Shown here one piece after another: positions 61,971 through 64,000 of a DNA stretch of 64,000 nt. Source of the DNA: an uncultured delta proteobacterium (GTDB taxonomy: Bacteria > Desulfobacterota > Desulfobacteria > Desulfobacterales > QNYZ01). The notes under the pieces were generated by a model that was not told the DNA's origin, searched no databases, and worked only from the letters and a program-made list of their open reading frames with translations. Every line of letters begins with the position of its first letter. Position 1 is the first letter of the stretch. The position numbers and the translations under genes were made by a program. The stretch lies in the NCBI GenBank assembly GCA_963845145.1, contig CAWJQU010000005.1, forward strand, positions 1,152,001 through 1,216,000. Direction: 5' to 3'.

Positions 61971-63776
61971 TTAGCGGTAAATCTCCTCGATCTCTTTGTT
62001 AAATTTTTTGTAAATATTGGTGCGTCTTACTTTCATTGTAGCTGTAAGTTCATCATCGTCATGATCAAGCTCCTTGGTGAGGAGTTTGAAACGGCGTACA
62101 TTTTCAACGCGGGCGAACTGGTCGTTTACCCGATTAACTTCATCTTGAATCAATGCCAGAGTGTCCGGGTTCGAGGAGAGGCTTTTAAAATTTGTATATG
62201 CAAGACGGTTATCAATGGCCCACTTGCCAACATTTTCAAAATCAATCTGAATCAAAGCGGCAAGGTATTTTCGTTGCTCACCCACCACGATGGCCTCTTT
62301 GATATATGGGCTAACCTTGAGAGCGTTTTCAATCTCCGACGGGGCGATGTTTTTACCTCCGGAAGTGATAATAATATCTTTTTTACGATCAACGATTAAA
62401 AGATGCCCGTCTTCATCCTCCTCGGCGATGTCCCCTGTAAGCAGCCAATCATCAACAACGGCCTGGCGTGTCGCTTTTTCATTTTTATAATATCCGACAA
62501 ATATGGGCACACCCTTTTTCATCAATTCTCCATCGGGTGCGATCTTGTATTCAATCCCCTTGATAGGCTTTCCAACCGTACCAAGTCTGATATCTTCACC
62601 CATGTGGATAAATGACAGACCGGTGGACTCGGTCATTCCGTAACCTTCCTTTACGCGGATACCGATACCGTGAAAAAACCGTAATACTTCCGGGCTGACT
62701 TTGGCGGCCGCCGAAAAACAAAAACGCGCCTTACGCAGCCCGACATAATTCTGCAGGGATCGCAGCACCAAACCATAGGCCAGCCATCCGGTTATGCGTT
62801 CTCTGAGACCCGCATTGTTGCCTGACAGGCGCTTTTCCGCGATTCGGTTTCCGGATGTCAGGCAGAGATTAAAAAGCCATTGCTTAAAACGGGACGAGTC
62901 CTTAATTTTGATCAAGATAGCGGATTGCAGCTTCTCCCAAATACGTGGGACGCCCAGAAAAACCGTGGGACCAATTTCCCTTAAGTCCGCCTGAATGGTT
63001 GCAATGCTTTCGGCAAAGCTAACCGGGTATCCCACAAACATCGGAAGAAACAAGCTGAAAATTTTTTCAGCCACGTGGCAGAGCGGTAAGTAGGATACAA
63101 CCGAGTCATCGTCGCGGGCTTCAATCGCATCAATGGTGCCGATGGTCATGGCCTCCACGTTGAGATGACTAATCATTGCCCCTTTGGGCTTTCCCGTAGT
63201 ACCCGACGTATAGACAATGGTGCAGACATCAGCCGCTTTTCCCAGGGCGATTTCCATTTTGAACAACTTGGGAGATTCCCGATCAAGGGTACGGCCATAC
63301 GCCTCGACTTGTTCAAAGGAGAGGATGTGATCCTTGGGGTAACGTCTCAAGCCTTTCATATCCGTGACAATTATTTTTTCCACCAAAGGTAGGTCATCCC
63401 ATACTTCCAAGATCTTATCGGTTTGCTCTTGATCCTCGCAGACGACAAACCGACTATCCGAATGTTTGACCACATAGTGGACTTCCTGGTAGGGACTGGT
63501 AGGATACACACCCACCGAGACCCCGCCCAGGCAGATGACCGCCAAATCGGAGTAAAGCCATTCCAGGCAATTTTCGCTAAGGATCGATAAGTGGTCACCC
63601 CGTTTGAAGCCGAGTGATACCAACCCCAGTGCAAAGTGCTTGACGTGTTCAAAGTACTGTTGCCAGGTTACGCGCTGCCAGACGCCGAAGTTCTTTTCCC
63701 GAAGGGCGACGGCGTCGTTTTTTTGAGCGACCCGTTCTAAAAAATATTGCCCCAAAGTTTTTCCCGCCTGTGTCAT
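61971..63776 (-). CDS. Long-chain acyl-CoA synthetase (AMP-binding)
   Basis: YTSGTTGKPKG, YLPLCH, EGYGMTE, TGD, DRKKD. Confidence 0.95.
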   Translation of the reverse strand: MTQAGKTLGQYFLERVAQKNDAVALREKNFGVWQRVTWQQYFEHVKHFALGLVSLGFKRGDHLSILSENCLEWLYSDLAVICLGGVSVGVYPTSPYQEVHYVVKHSDSRFVVCEDQEQTDKILEVWDDLPLVEKIIVTDMKGLRRYPKDHILSFEQVEAYGRTLDRESPKLFKMEIALGKAADVCTIVYTSGTTGKPKGAMISHLNVEAMTIGTIDAIEARDDDSVVSYLPLCHVAEKIFSLFLPMFVGYPVSFAESIATIQADLREIGPTVFLGVPRIWEKLQSAILIKIKDSSRFKQWLFNLCLTSGNRIAEKRLSGNNAGLRERITGWLAYGLVLRSLQNYVGLRKARFCFSAAAKVSPEVLRFFHGIGIRVKEGYGMTESTGLSFIHMGEDIRLGTVGKPIKGIEYKIAPDGELMKKGVPIFVGYYKNEKATRQAVVDDWLLTGDIAEEDEDGHLLIVDRKKDIIITSGGKNIAPSEIENALKVSPYIKEAIVVGEQRKYLAALIQIDFENVGKWAIDNRLAYTNFKSLSSNPDTLALIQDEVNRVNDQFARVENVRRFKLLTKELDHDDDELTATMKVRRTNIYKKFNKEIEEIYR

Positions 63777-63841
63777 ATCCTTTTGGTATCCTACTAAATT
63801 TTGGCGCCTTTCTAATTTAAACAACTCTGGCTTAACCAACG

Positions 63842-64000
63842 CTAACTTAACCAACGTTTTCGACGCTTATAGTGCTTAACGTCGCGATAACGCTTACTTC
63901 GGCCATGTTTTCCCAGACCTAAGTAAAACTCCTGGACATCCTGATCGTCAAGCAGGTTTTCAACCGGCCCATCCAGAACCATACGTCCATTTTCCATGAT
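63842..64000 (-). CDS. 3' end of a LivF-like ABC ATPase (partial)
   Basis: Manual translation IMENGRMVLDG...DVQEFYLG...YRDVKHYKRRKRWLS*. Confidence 0.85.
   Translation of the reverse strand: MMENGRMVLDGPVENLLDDQDVQEFYLGLGKHGRSKRYRDVKHYKRRKRWLS

Noticed and set aside
93..63652. Numerous 60-230 aa antisense or overlapping ORFs in the track
   Set aside because: Shadow frames of well-supported genes with no recognisable motifs

Overview
A 64 kb chromosomal window from an anaerobic bacterium. The gene content (NfnAB, Fe-S proteins, sigma54 system, GTAG-type REPs) suggests a Desulfobacterales-like organism, which is inference. The left third is a histidine-utilisation locus (hutC, hutU, hutH, hutI, polar amino-acid ABC transporter with HutC-like boxes). 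hutI sits inside an apparent six-gene operon: corrinoid protein, pyrrolysine-free MtmB homolog, two URO-D/MtbA-family methyltransferases, hutI and a PLP C-S lyase. One methyltransferase has an in-frame UGA exactly at the family's C-terminal PGC cysteine, followed by a SECIS-like hairpin, so it is a probable selenoprotein that the ORF track truncates. This module is the best candidate for an undescribed system, possibly anaerobic demethylation of a methylated histidine/imidazole compound. The rest holds a Mo/W-bisPGD enzyme, tatD, nfnAB, a partly decayed AT-richer islet, asd with a Thr-rich attenuator leader, pit, a TPP-riboswitch thiamine operon, tatA, frameshifted sbcB, recQ, ltaE, ilvBN, a kinase-lipoprotein-sigma54 regulator trio with a divergent consensus sigma54 promoter, thiolase and acyl-CoA ligase. 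Also present: REP doublets, degenerate 14-16 bp tandem repeats at gene 3' ends, and four single-base frameshifts. The ORF-track entry 36845..37786 is on the + strand, not -. All assignments come from motif recognition by eye; no searches were run.
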